Below are positions 34,789 through 48,112 of a stretch of DNA of 64,000 nucleotides, one piece after another. The stretch comes from Cyanophora paradoxa CCMP329 (lineage: Eukaryota; Plantae; Glaucophyta), in NCBI GenBank assembly GCA_004431415.1, contig QPMI01000580.1, forward strand, positions 1-64,000, read 5' to 3'. The position numbers and the translations under genes were made by a program. Position 1 is the stretch's first letter. Every line of letters begins with the position of its first letter. Under the pieces are notes generated by a model, which was not told the origin of the DNA, did no database searches, and worked only from the letters and a program-made list of their open reading frames with translations.

Positions 34789-37700
34789 ATGAGGGCCGCG
34801 CCGGCGCCCGGCGGCCCATCGAGGCCTGCAGCCGCGAAGCCGCCGATGCTGAACGCGGCGGGCCTGAAGGGAGGCGCGCTGACAGCCAAGCAAGTCCAGC
34901 GTCTCGGCGGGAAGAAGCCCGTGAAGAGCGCCGGGCGCAACGCCAGCTCGTCGGCCCCCGCCGATGCGCCGATTGCCGTGGGCGGATTTTCGAAGCAGAC
35001 GCAGGAGCTAACGGCAGCTCTCGCCGCCGCCGTGCCGGAAGCGCCAGCGTGGAGGTTCCCAGCAACGAAGGAGGTCCGGGGGCGCGAGCTCGAGCCACCC
35101 CTAGCGTAGCTAAGGGGCACGCGCGCAGGGATACGAGTGGCTGGAGAAGCTGGGCGAGGGCGGCTTCGGCTCTGCCTGGAAGGTCAAGCGGAAGAGTGCG
35201 CGGCGCCGTGCGAGCGGGCCGGGGGCGCCGGCGCGGCCCGACCCCGCGGCGCAGGCGACGGGGCGGTCTTCGTGTGCAAGACGATGAAGGTGACGGAGAT
35301 GGGGAGGAACACGCTCGAGGCGGCCGTCAACGAGGCGCGCCGGCCGCCCCGCCCCGCGCCCCGCGCACCGCACCCAGCCCCGCGGCGGCGCTGAGAGGCG
35401 GGGCGCGCAGGTCAAGATCCTCGCCTCGTGCAACTCGCCCTTCGTGATCCGCTACTACACCTCCTTCGTCCAGGACGACACCATCCACATCATCATGGGT
35501 GCCCGCGCCCGCCCCCCGCTCCGCCCGCGCCGCCCCGCGCCGCGCGGGACGCGGGGGGGCCCGGCAGAGTACGCGGAGCGGGGTACACTGGCGCAGAAGC
35601 TGCGGGCGCAAAGCCACGCGGGGTTCTTCCCCGAGATCACCGTCTGGCGTTACGTGCGCGGGGCCCCGCGTACCCCCGCCGCCCCCTCCTCCCCCTGCTC
35701 ACCGCCCCGCCCCTTCCCCTGCAGTTCATCCAGATAGCTCTGGGCCTGTGGCGTGCGCCGCGCGCCCCGCGCACCTCGCCCCGCACGCGGGCTCAGCGGC
35801 GGGGCGCGCAGACATCCACTCGAAGCACGTGATCCACCGCGATGGTGCCTCTACCCCATTCCCCTGCCGCGTGCTCGCCTGTACCCCCATCTGACATCCC
35901 CCACCCCCTCCAGTGAAGCCCTCGAACGTGCTGGTCGACGCGGACGACACGCTCAAGGCGCGCCCCGCCCGCCGTACCCCCCTCGAGCCTCCCCCCCTCC
36001 CCTCGGGCGATGCGGCGCCGCGCGCAGCTGAGCGACGTGGGGTGGGCGATGGAGATGACGCAGCGGCGGGTGTGGACGGGCCTGCGCGTGGGCACCCTCA
36101 TCTACATCAGCCCCGAGGTCTCCGCGGGGCGCCCCTACAACGGTCCCCGCCCCCCGCCCCGCCCCGCCCCTGCCCGGCGCAGCCAACGCCCCGCCGCAGA
36201 GGCGAGCGACGTGTGGGCGCTCGGCTGCACCCTCTACGAGCTCGCCGCGCTCCGCCACGCCTTCGGCGCCGCCAACAAGGCCCGCCCCCCCGCCTCCCCC
36301 GCCCCTCCGGGCGGCGCGGCGTGAGGGGCGGGGGTGGGGCAGCACGCGCTGTTCGCGGCGATCCAGAAGGGGGCGTACAAGCCCATCAGCAAGCGCTACA
36401 GCCCGGAGCTCGCCGCCCTCGTCGCCGCCTGCCTCGCGCGCCACGGCCCCCACCCCGCCCCCCACCCCGGCCCCGCTGAGCGGGCCGGGCGGGGCACAGA
36501 CGCTGGACCCGGCGGCGCGGCCGACGCTGCCGGACATCCTCACCCGCCCCGAGGTCGCCGCCAAGGTCGGCCCCGCCGCCCCGAGCTCGAGTCTGCCGCC
36601 GCGCCGGCGACGCCCCCGGCCGCGGCAGGCGCGCGTCCTCGGCATCCCCCTCCCCGACCTCGCCCCGCCCCCGCGCCCCTCCCGGCCCCCCTCCGGTGCC
36701 CTCCCCCGCCCCCGCCCCGCCCCGCCCCGCCCTGCCCCAGTCTCGCTCGCGCCGAGTGGCTGGCGCCGCAGCCGTCCGCATCGGGCCCGGCGCGCTCGAA
36801 ATAATCCCGCCCGCCCCGGCTCCTCCCGCGAGGGCCCCGCGTGCGCTGCGTTCCTCTCCTCGCCCCCGCTCCGCGCCGAGTGGGGCCGGTGCAGGAGCTC
36901 GCGGCACTCCGGGGGTACAGCAGCGGGGCGGGGAGCCCGGCGGGGCGCTCGGGCCGGGGCGCCGGCTCGCAGCGGGCCCCGGGAGCCCCTCCCCCGCTCC
37001 CCCGCCTCCGCCGCCTCCTCCTCCGCGCCCGCCCCCGCCCCGGGGCGCGCCTCGGCCTCGGAGCCGCCGCAGTCGCCCAGCGACCCCGCGCAGCCGCCGA
37101 AGACGCTCATGGAGCGGTGCGCCGCCCCGGCCCCCGCCTCCTCCCCCGCCGCCGCGAGCGAGCGCCGGGGCGCAGATACCACGAGCTGCGGACGGGGCGG
37201 CGCCTCGAGTGGGTAGCCCGCGCCATGCTCCGCTGGGGCATCGCCGCCGAGCCGGCCGCCGTGCGCCCGCCCCCCCGCCCGGGGCCTCGCCGCGCGGCGC
37301 GGCGCGTGAAAAGGGCGGCGGGGCGGGGGCAGGTGCGGGGCCTGCAGAGCGTGGAGGGGCGCGCCCGCGCCGACGACCGCCTCCGCCGCATCGAGGCCGC
37401 CCTCCGCGTCCGCCCCGTACCCCCCGCCCCCTGCCCCGCACCGCCCCGTAACCCGCCCACGCCTCTCCCAGGAGGCCGTGGGGGACGTCTCGGGGGACTA
37501 CGCGTCCCGCTTCGGGCCCGACGAGGCGTTCGTGCGCGCCCTCGACGCCTTCAGCGTGCGCCGTACCCCCCTCCCCGCCGCGCCCCGCACCCGGACGGGG
37601 CCGACCGGGGGCGGGGCCAGTACGTGGCGGCGTTCAACAAGTTCGGGGGCCAGCCAGTGCCTTCCCTCCTGGCCGCGGTGCGCCGGGCCCCTGCCCGTTC

Positions 37701-37976
37701 CCCCCGGCCAGCGGCCAACGCGACAGGGGGCGAGGGCAGTGCGGGGAGCGGGCGGAGCGAGTGGCGGCGGGGGCGGCGGAGGCGCAGCGGGCAATGGAGG
37801 AGGGGGAGGCCCGCTTCCCCGACATGTTCCGCATGCTCTACCGGTGCCCGCCCCGCCCCGCCCCCGCCGGCCGCCGCTGACCCCCCCGACCCCGCCCTCG
37901 CAGGCTAGTCCAGGAGTGCTTGAACCCCGCCGGCGCGAGCCCGCAGCGGCCCACCCCCGCCGCCCCGCAACAGTAG
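34789..37976 (+). CDS. NIMA-related (NEK) Ser/Thr kinase; multi-exon
   Basis: LGEGGFGSAW, VFVCK, AVNE|VKILASCNSPFVIRYYTSF, IHRD|VKPSN, LSDVG, GTLIYISPE, SDVWALGCTLYEL, YSPEL. Confidence 0.88.
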
Positions 37977-38286
37977 TGCAGGAACACGCAGCGCAGAAAT
38001 GCTCGAACGAATCGGATTCCGTGAGACCTCCTGCGCCTTGGATCCAGATCTAGACTGAGATGCGCGCGCGCGCGCGGGCGCGCGCAACGACCGCGGTCCC
38101 CCCGAGCTCGGGGTCCAGCCCGCTAGCCCCACTGCGAAGCGAGCCGCGGTGGAGACCGTGAAGCCAGCGGCAGGGACTCTGCACGCGACACAGCGCTTGT
38201 GGATCCATAAACGCATTCGATCACGAGATCGATGCGGGGCCTTCTGCTGCGGGCTAGTCTGCACTCCACGACAGCTCACATCGAGC

Positions 38287-41200
38287 TCACATCTCGCCCT
38301 CGAAGCCCTCCTGGTCGTCCCCCGGCCCCGCGGCGGCCTCCTCCTCGTCGTAGCGGGGGGCCGGGGGCGCCCCGCGGGGCCGCCGCCCCGCCCCGGGCCC
38401 CGCCTCGGGGGCGGGCTCGGGGGCGTCGGCGACGTCGAAGGGGACGTCGTACTGCTGGTCGAGCCCGACGTAGGCGTCCGAGACGAGGTACAGGGTGAAC
38501 CGGTGCCGCCCCGCCGCCGGCGGCGCCAGGAAGCGCAGCGGGGCGCGCGTCGTGGACCCCGGCCGCAGCGCCAGCCGCTTCAGCGCCACCAGCTCGCCCC
38601 CGGCCGAGATGCCGCTGGGGGGCGGGCCGAAGGAGGGGTTTCCGACCACCGCGAACCAGCCCTCGTCCTTCGGCTTCGGGAAGCGCCCCGTGGCGATCTT
38701 GAGGGAAGACCGAGACTCCCGCGTCACCTGCGCCCCCCCGCCTCGCCCCGACTCGCAAGGGGAAGGATGGGGAGGGGGGTACGCACCTCGACGACGACGG
38801 CGGCCTCGGTGCCCGGGCGGGGCACGCGGGGCTCGAGGCGCCAGCGGACGGAGACGGAGGGGAGGCGGGCGGCGGCGGCGGCGGCCTCGTCGGCGGGCGG
38901 GGCGGGAGGGCGGCGCGGAGGGCGGCGGGGCGGCGGTCGGGGGGCAGGGCGAGGAGCTCGGGGAGGCAGGAGACGCCGGCGGCGGCGAGGGCGGGCAGGT
39001 GCTCCCGCTCCACGTGGGGCAGGCACGCCAGGCCGCCCCCGCAGGCGCCGAGGAAGCGGCCCTGCATCACCATCTGGGAGAGGTGCAGCGTCTGCAGCGC
39101 CGTATCCAGCGCCCCGCAGTCCGCCGCCACGTCCAGCATCGCCTGCGCCGCCATCAGCGGGGGAGGAAGAGGCGGGGGGAGGCGGGGGGGCGGGCCTGGA
39201 GGATGCGGACGGAGTTGTCGAGGACGGCCTTCGTGTCCGTCGCGTAGTCGGCGACGGGGAGCGCGGCGCGGGCGAAGTGCGCCTGCAGCAGCAGGCAGGC
39301 CTTCACGTGCGGCGAGTCGGCCCGCCGCGGGTCGATCCCCCACGGCACCGCCTTGGCCAGCTGCGGGGCGGCTCAGCAGGAGGGGGAGGAAAGGCAGAGA
39401 GAGGGGGGAACGCGGCGGGCCTGGAGGTTGAGGGCGTCCTCGTTGTGGCGGACGGGCAGCTCGGCGTACTCCTCCGCCGCGCAGAGGATCTCCAGCAGCT
39501 CGGGCAGCGCGGCCGGACCCGCGCCGAGGCGCTGGTGGAGCATGGCCGCCGTGCGGTAGTCGAGGTAGTAGAAGGAGGCGACGCGCCCCAGCGTCGTGGG
39601 CCGCAGCGCGTCCCCCTCGAGCTCGAGGCAGCCGGCGTGCTGGAGGTCCGCCGTGGCGCGCTCGACGAGGGCGGAGAGGTGCCGCTCGATGCCGCCGCGG
39701 CTGGCGTCCTGGAGGTGGTAGAAGGAGGGGTTCATGACGAGGCGCCGGAAGAAGTAGGTCCACGTCAGGTAGTCCAGCGCGTCCTGCGGGGCGCTCAGAA
39801 AGGGGGCGAAGCGGGAGTGGAGCCCGCGCCTGGCGGGAGGCGATGGTGCCGGCGGCGGCCTCGGCGTTGAGGTGGTTGTGGAGGACGGCGGGGAGGGAGG
39901 ACTCGACGGGGAACGGCTCGTACAGGAACTTCTTGTAGAAGTTCTTCTTCGCGTCTGGGGGGTACCGGCTCAGAGGGGGATGGGAGGGGGGCGCGGGGAG
40001 GGGGTACGGCGCGCCGTGGAGGAGCACGACGGCGACGCCCGTCGCGTCGAACTGGGGGCGCCCCGCGCGCCCCATCATCTGCCCCCCGGGCTAAGACGGG
40101 GCCCTCAAAGCTCGCTCGGGGGCCGCGGGGGTACCTGGAGGACGTCGGTGATGGGGTAGTCGACGTAGCGCCGCGTCTTCGCGTCATAGTACTCCGTGCC
40201 CTGTGCCCCACGTGAGGGGAGGCGGGGGCGGGGGCGGAGCGGGGCGGGGCGGGCCTTGACGACGACGAGGTGGGCGGGGAAGTTGACCCCCCACGCCAGC
40301 GTCGACGTCGAGACCAGCACCTGCAGCCCCTTCAGGGGGGGGGGGGGGAAGAGGCGGCCGGGGGTACGGTCACGCGCCTGGATCTTCTCGTTGACGAAGA
40401 GCTCCTCGACGAGGGCCTTGTCGCGCTCGTGTAGGCCGGCGTGGTGCAGCCCGATGCCGAACGCCAGCGTGTGCTTCAGGCTCGCGTCGCGCACCCCCGA
40501 CGCCTCGAGCAGGCCCTCGAGCTCCTCGGGGGCCATGCGGAGGAAGCGCCGCGGGCGCTCGTCGGCGGCCGCGAAGGCGACCAGGTCCAGCGCCGTGAGG
40601 CGCGTCTGCCGCCGCGACGACACGAAGACCAGCGCCGGCTGCCCCGCGCGGCTGAGGACGGAGCCGAGGAGAGCGGGGCGGGGCCGGGGCGGGGCGGGGC
40701 GGGACCTTCTCGCCGGCGTGCTGGACGATGGAGGCGTACGTCGGCTTGTTCATCGTCGCCATGCGGGGGCAGTAGTGCTTGCCGGGGAAGCCCTGGCCCC
40801 GAATCAGAGCCGGGACGGGAAGGGGGAAAGGGGGGTAGAGGGGGGCGGGGGGGGGGGGGGTACCTGAACGTGGACCTCGAGGGGCACGGGGCGCACCGCC
40901 GGGCGGAAGTTGAAGAGGCCCTGCGCGGCCTGTGAGGGGGGGCGGGGCGGGGGAGCGATGCGGGGCCGGGGGCGCCTGGGTGTCGATGGCGAGCCAGTCG
41001 GCGAGGTCGCGGGCGTTGGCCATGGCGGTGGAGAGCCCCACGAAGCGCACCGGCGCCGCCGTCTGGCTGCTGATGTACCGCATCCGCGACACGATCTGCC
41101 GCCGCCCGCGCGGGGCCGCTCGTTCGTCGGGGGAGGCCGCGCGGACGCCGCGCTGAGGAGGGCGAGGGGGAGGGGCGCACGACTTCGAGGATGGGCCCGC

Positions 41201-44200
41201 GGTCGCCGCCGAGGAGGTGGATCTCGTCGATGATCACGAGGCCGACCTTCTTCACGTACGAGCGGTTCTGCCAGTGCCGCGAGACGCCGTCCCACTTCTC
41301 CGGCGTCGTGCAGATGACGTCGGCGTTCAGCAGCGCGTGCAGGTCCGGCGTCACGTCTGCCCAGCGTCGCGTGGCGTGAGGCGCGGGGCGGCAAGAGGTC
41401 GCGGGGAGGGGGCCGGGACGGGTGCACCGCCGGTGAGCTCGACAAGGCCCTTGCCGAGGCGGCCGGCGAGGCGGACCTTCCAGTCCTCCATCCGCTCCCG
41501 CACCAGCGCCTTCAGCGGCCCGATGTAGATCACCTGCCCGCGTGTGAGACAGGCGCGGCGGAGCCGGGGCGGAGGGTGGAGCGGGGCCAGCGCGCGCCTT
41601 GCGGCCGGGGTGCTCGCGGAAGACGCGGAGCATGGCGAGCTCGGCGACGACGGTCTTGCCGGAGCCCGTGGGGGCCCCCAGCAGCACGTTCACGTCCGTG
41701 TGGTACAGCGTGTGGAACACCTGCCACGGCGAGCGAGCTCGAGGTCAGCCGACCCCGCGCGGGCGCAGCGCGGCTTGGAGCGCCTGGGTCTGGACGGGGT
41801 TGAAGTGGGAGAAGGTGTACAGCGACTCAAAGGTCGGGTCCTGGGCGCCGCGTGAGGGGCGAGGCGAAGGGAAGGGACGGAGGGGCGGGGGGACCTGGAG
41901 GGCGGAGCGGGGGAGCGGGGCGAGGTCGAGGAGGTCGGTTTGCGGCGGGTGCTTCTCCGGCAGGATCAGCTGCGGAGAGGGAGGAGGGGCGGCGTCAGGC
42001 GGGGCGGGGCGGGGCGGCTGGGCCGGGGGCGGGGCGGGCGCGGGGGCGGACGGAGGAGAGGGCGATCTCGGCGTGGGCCTCGGCGTGGAGCCAGCGGTCG
42101 GAGACGGCCCGCACGAAGTACTGCGGCGGCATCGGCTCGAAGAGCGGCACCGTGAAGTCCAGCGTCTGCGCCTCCTCCTTCGCCTTCTGCTCGCGTCGTC
42201 GGGTCGGCGCGGGCGTCGAGGCGCGGGGGGCGGGGGCGGGGGCGGGCCCTGTGGAGGAGGAAGTACTCGGAGTGGTAGATGTGCTCGTTCTCGGCGTCCT
42301 CCACCCAGATCCACCACCCCTCCGCGCTCCCGTGCTGCCGCTCGTTCCACTCGAACTCCGCCGTGATCGCTGCCGCCGCCCCGGGGCCTCGGCGGGCGGG
42401 CAGGATGCGGGCGGGGGCGGGCGGCTCACTGAGGACGACGCGGAGGACGGTGCGGGTGATGGGCTGAACGAGGGGGGAGAGGGCGAGGGCGGGGAACTGG
42501 CGGACGAGCTTGGCGATGCGGGGCCCGGCCGCCGGGTGGCTCACGAGGCGCCCGACCTCCGCCTCGCTCATGTCCCGCAGCCGCTCCACCGTCGCCTGCG
42601 GCCCGGCGCTCAGGCCGCGCGGGGCGCGCGCTTTGGCTTGCAATCGCGCACGCCGCGGGTCTCGAGCTTGACGATGACGTCGGGGGGCAGGATCTCGAAC
42701 TGGCGGAGGGGCGTGTGGTCCGGCCAGACGCGCCGCTCGATGCACTTGCACAGCGTCAGCAGCTTGTCCGTGAGGCTCGTCCACCCCCGGCCCCGCACGA
42801 TCTCGAAGAGCGCCCGGCAGATGCTGCGCCAGCGCCTCAGCGCCCCGCCCCGCCCGGGGGCCCCGAGCAGCACGGCGGGCGGGCACCGGCCGGCGGACTG
42901 GACGATGTAGGCGGTGTCGGTGATGAGGGTGAAGCTCTCGAGGAAGGCGCGCGCCACGTACGCCTGCAGCAGAATGCCTGGCCCCGCCCCGCGTCGGAGG
43001 GGCGGGGCGGGGCGGGGGCGGGGCTGGCTGGCGGGGCGGGGCGGACTGGTCTTGGCGCGCTCGGCGTCGAGGCCGTGCTTGGGGGGGTACTCGCACGCCT
43101 CGTGCAGCAGCCGCTCGAGCTGCCGGCGCGCGCATTGGCGCCTCAGAGGGCGGCGCTGGCCCAGCCCCGCCCCCCGCCCCCCGGCCCTCGCCCCGCACCT
43201 CGGGGAGCTCGTCGTCGCGGGTCTGCACGTGGGCGAACTCGTGCGCCGCCGCCACCAGCGAGATCAGCTCCGCCTCCGTCATGTGCTGCGAAGCCGCGTA
43301 AGGGCGGGGTCGCCGGGGCGGCGGCGGGGCGGGGGAGGGGCGGGGAGGGGCGGGCCTGCTTGAGGCGCTCGTTCCAGGCCTCGACGGTCTCGTTCTCGAT
43401 GTAGTAGTGGGAGGCGACGCGCCCCAGCTCCGTCACCCCCAGCGCCCCGCTCTTCTCCCCGAACCGCAGCATCTGCCACGCCGGCGGCTCGGCCCGGCGA
43501 GCCGGCCGGGCCGAGGCGGGGCGGGGCGCCCTCGCGGCGGACCTGGCAGGCGTGGAGGCGCTTGGCGGCGAGCTCGACGAGCTCGCGGCGCTTCGCGGAG
43601 AGCGATGGGTCCATCTCCTTCTCGTGGTACGTGATCCCTGCGGGAGGCGCTGAGCGGCGGCTTTGACGCCCTTTCCCCTCATCCTCCTGCCGGGCGGACC
43701 GTAGACCATGGGGTTGCGCATCATGCGGACGTAGAGGTACGTGTACGAGATCCACTCGCACGCCTCCCGCACGTTCGTCACCGTCCCCAGCACGCACTCC
43801 GCGTTCAGGTGGTCCGCCAGCTTCTTGATGAACTGCGCCCGCCGCCCCGCCCGCGCCTCAGCGGGCGGGCGGGGAAGAGAGGGAGGGGCGCCCCGGGGCG
43901 GGCCTGGCTCTCGATGGGCATGGCGTGGTTGAGGAGGTCGAGGTAGTGCTTGAGCTTGTCGTGCGCCGTGATCAGGATCGCCTCCCCGCTCGTGTCGTAC
44001 TGCGGCCGCCCCGCCCGCCCGAAGATCTGCCCCGCTCCCCGCTCAGGGCGAGCGAGAGGGGGCGGGGGGGCGGGCGGGGGCGGGCCTGCATGACGTCGAG
44101 CATGGAAAGCTCCGTGAACGTCCCCTTCTGCGCGTCGTACACCTGCGCCGGCCCGCGAAGGTGAGCCCGGGCCGTCCGAAGGGGCGCGCCGGCCTCGGGG

Positions 44201-47200
44201 GCGCGCGCGCCTGGGTGCCCTTGATGACGACGGTGTGGGCGGGGAGGTTGACGCCCCACGCCAGCGTCGCCGTGCAGCAGAGCACCTGCCGCGGGGTCAG
44301 GGGGGAAGAAGAGGGCGGGGGGGGGGCGGGCGGGGCGGGGGCGGACGCGGAGGTGGCCGGAGGCGAAGAGGCGCTCGACGATGTTGCGGTCGGAGCGGAG
44401 CATCCCCGCGTGGTGCAGCCCGATCCCTGCGGGGCGCGTCAGGCGAGGCGGCGGGGGAGCGGGGGGAGAAAACGGGCCGGAGACGCCGACGTCCTTGAGT
44501 TCGGTGTTGCGGGACTTGCCGAGCTCGCGCTGCAGCGCCGCGAGCCGCCTGGCCGCCTCGTCCGTGAAGCTCCCCTCGTCCTCCCCCTCGTCCAGCGCCT
44601 TGCCCCGCAGGAAGAGCGCTGCCGCCCCGTCAGCGGCCCCGCCGGCGGGGGCGGGAGCTGCGGGCGAGAGCCGCGCCGGTCTTCTGGTCGCGCTGGGCGA
44701 GCTCGCGGAGCATGCGCGCCGTCTTCCCCGTGTCCTTCCGCGAGTGCACGAAGACCATCACCTGCGGGGCGGGGCGGGGTCGCGGAGGGCGGGGAGGGCG
44801 GCGGCGGCGGGGGAGGGGGTAGGGCGGACCTGGTGGCCCCGCTGGAGGCTCTCGAGGACCTTCATGTAGCAGATGTCCCCGATGAGCTGCAGCCGCTTCG
44901 CCCCGTTCGCCTCGCTCACCCCGATGAACTGCTGCGCCAGCGGCACCGGCCGGTAGCTGTTGTCGAAGTAGTAGAGGCCCGTCTCCGGGTTCACCCTGCG
45001 GGCCCGGTCAGGCGGAGCTGGGCAGAGGGCGGGAGGCGGGCGGCGGGGGCGGCCTCGCCTGAGGAAGACAGCGACGTCGCGGTAGTTGGGGAGAGTGGCG
45101 GAGAGCCCCACGATGCGGATCATGCTCTGCGTGCTCTCCACCTGCCCCGCCGTGAGCGGCGCAGCGGGGAAGGGGAGCGGGGAGCGGGGAGGGGCCGGGC
45201 CATGCGGAGGGTGCGGGCGACGAGGGTCTCGATGACGGGCCCGCGGTCGTCGGCGAGCAGGTGCACCTCGTCGATGATCAGCAACCGCACCAGCTGCCCG
45301 GGGGGGCTCAGACAAGCCAGGGCCGGCGGGGCGGGGCGGGCGGGGCGGACGGAGACGAGGCCGGTGTCGGAGGTCTTGCGGGTGATGACGTCCCACTTCT
45401 CCGGCGTCGTCACGATCACCTGCCCCGGGGTCAGCCGGCCGCCGGCGGCGGGCGCTGCCGGCCGCGGGGCAGGGGCGCGGGCCTGGGTCTCCTGGAGCTC
45501 CTTGCGGGTGAGCTGCATGTCCCCCGTCAGCTCTTTCACCGTCTGCGCCGCCGTCAGCGCGAAGGCGCCGCGTGCGCGAGGGGACCGGGGCGGGGCGGGG
45601 CGGGCCATGGAGAGGGGCGCCAGGCGCTCCGAGAACTTCTCGACGACCTCCGCAGCCAGCGCCTGCGCCCCGGGCGTGTGAGGGGGTCCGAGCGAAAGGA
45701 GGCGGGGCGGGCGGCGGGCCTTCATGGGGGCCACGTAGATGATCTTGAACTCGTCGCGGGCGAGCGCGCCCCGCACGATGTGCTGCCCCACCTGCCCCGC
45801 GAGAGGCCGTCAGGGGGGGTGCCAGGGGGGGTATGGAGGGGCGGGCCTCGTGGAGGATGGCGAGCATGGCGATGTTCGTCTTGCCGGCGCCTGCACGAGC
45901 CGCGCCGTCAGCGGCGGCGGAGGGGGAGGAGGAGGAGGAGGAGGGCGGGGGAACGCGCCGGTCGGGGCGCAGACGAGGAGGTTCTCGTTGGAGCGGTAGG
46001 CGGCGGGGTACAGCCGCGACTGGATCCGGTTGAGGCAGCGCATCCCCTGCGCCGGTGTGAGGCGAGGGCGGGGCCGGCGGACGTGGGTGGGGAGGGGCGG
46101 GGCGGACGTGGAAGGCGGGGCGGGCCCAGTCGTCCATCTCGGCTATCGGCACGAGGCGCTCCTTCCCGCCCATCGCCGACGGCACGCTCGGCGGGATGTG
46201 CACCTCCTCGTACCCCTGCCGCAGGCTCAGGGCAGGCCCAGGGCCGGAGGGGCGGCGGGGCGGCGCCTTGAACTTCTTGGAGACGGTGCCCTCGGGGAGG
46301 GCCATCTTCTGGACGCCGCCGCCGACGGTGCCGGTGCCGAGGAGGGCGGCGGCGCGCGCGGGGGCCTCCCGCAGGTCCCGCTCCCGCTGCTCCCGCAGCG
46401 TCCGCGGGTCCGACTCCGCCCCCGCCGCCGCCGCCGCCAGGAACTCCGCCGCCGCCGACGCCGCCGCCGGGCCGTCCCCAGCCCCCGCCCGCCGCGCGGC
46501 GCGCTTCTCCTCCTTGCGCCGCAGCTTCCCCATCAGCCGCTCCGACTCGCTCTGGACGACCACCTGCGAGCCCAGCGCCGGGCCCTCCCGCCTCCCCCCG
46601 CCCCGCCCTGGGCGCCGCCGGCCGGCTGCTGGGCGGCGGCGCGGGCGGCGGCGGCCTGGGCGGCCTGGAGGGAGGGGCGGCGGAGATGGCCCATGCGATG
46701 AAGTCGAAGGCCTCGAAGCCGAGCAGGTCGAGCAGCGGGCCCTGGATCTCGTCGTCTGCGCGGGGTGGCGCGTCGGGCGGGGGCGGGTCGGGCCCCGGGG
46801 GCCCGGCGGGCTCGGGCGGACCGGAGGCGGGCTTGTTGAGGGTCTCGAGGAGCTGCTCGGCGAGCTCGAGGGGCGAGAAGAGGCCGCCGGCCCGCGAGCA
46901 GTGGTCCTCGCAGCGCAGCACCAGCTCCCGCCCCACCTCCCCGCCCATGCCCCCGGCCCCCTCGCCCCCACCCCGCGCCCCGCCCGACCCGGCATCCTGC
47001 GCGCGCGCAAACCGGCTCAGCGGGGCGCGGGAGGGCGCGGCGGGGAGCGGCGGGGCCGGCGGGGCGGACGGGCGGGGCGGCTGCGGGGCCTCGTAGTCGC
47101 TGTCGGGGAGGAGGAGGAGGAGCCGGCGGGGGCCCGCGCAGCTCCGGCAGGTCCTCGCCCCACTCGCGGTCCATCAGCGGGCCGCCGCGCGCCGCCGGCG

Positions 47201-47920
47201 CCGGCCCCGCGGCGGCCGCCCCCGTGCGCCACGCGTGGAGCTCGCCGGCGAGCTTCACGGCCTCCTTCGCCGCCGCCGGCGTGCACCCGGCGAAGAACTC
47301 GCGCAGCACGGACCTGCGCGGCGTCGGCGGGGCGCGGGCGGCGCGGCGGGGGCCCCGCGCACGCTTTGGCGTCGGGCGGGTCGTCGGGGTTCGCGTTGAC
47401 GACGTCGTACGCCATCTGGGCCGCCGTCCCCGCGTCCATCGCCTCCCCGCTGATCTCCCCGCCCACTTGCACGAAGCGCTCGAACTTCCTCCGCACCTCC
47501 CGCTCGTCCGCGCGGCCTGCCGCCGGCGGGCGGTTCATACGCGAAGGCTCAGATTGCGCTCCATCGGCGCAGGGCGGCGCGCACCTTCCACGCCTCTTGC
47601 AAATTCCTTCCACGACCATCCCGGCGTCTCAGGGCCGTCCGAGATGCCGGCCGACCTGCGGATGAAGCGGTCATGCGTGGCGGGGTCCGGTAGGAGATCG
47701 CAGCGCCGGGCGGACCTCAGCCGGCGCTGTATGATCTGCAGGCGCTCTACATATGCGCTCTCGAGATCGAAGTCCGCGCGATCCGTGAGGAAGGCCCGGA
47801 GTGCGCCCGACAGCCGTGGGCGCTGAGCGCGCGTGAGCCGAGCGGCGAGGGCGCGCAGCACCAGCTCACCTCGCTCACGACCGCCACAGCGGCGGCGGGG
47901 CGCTTCCCCGCGGCCGCCAT
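38287..47920 (-). CDS. ASCC3: Ski2-like double-cassette helicase ASCC3/Slh1 (DExH14-like); several dozen exons
   Basis: Two cassettes: CAPTG|[40 protein letters not shown], and [63 protein letters not shown]. Sec63 domains end in [15 protein letters not shown]. Confidence 0.93.
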
Positions 47921-48112
47921 CTCTCTCTCTCTCTAGATCTCTTGCTCGTCGCTGCGGCCCGAACAACCGCGGGCTCGATTCCGGATGAGGAGATTACCCC
48001 GTGAGGCCCAATTTCGAAAGGACCACACGCGTCGACGTCGGACCCATGCTCGATCTCGAATCACATTGAGACACGTAGGGGGGCGTTCAGGGGGGCGGTG
48101 GGGGAGGCGAGG

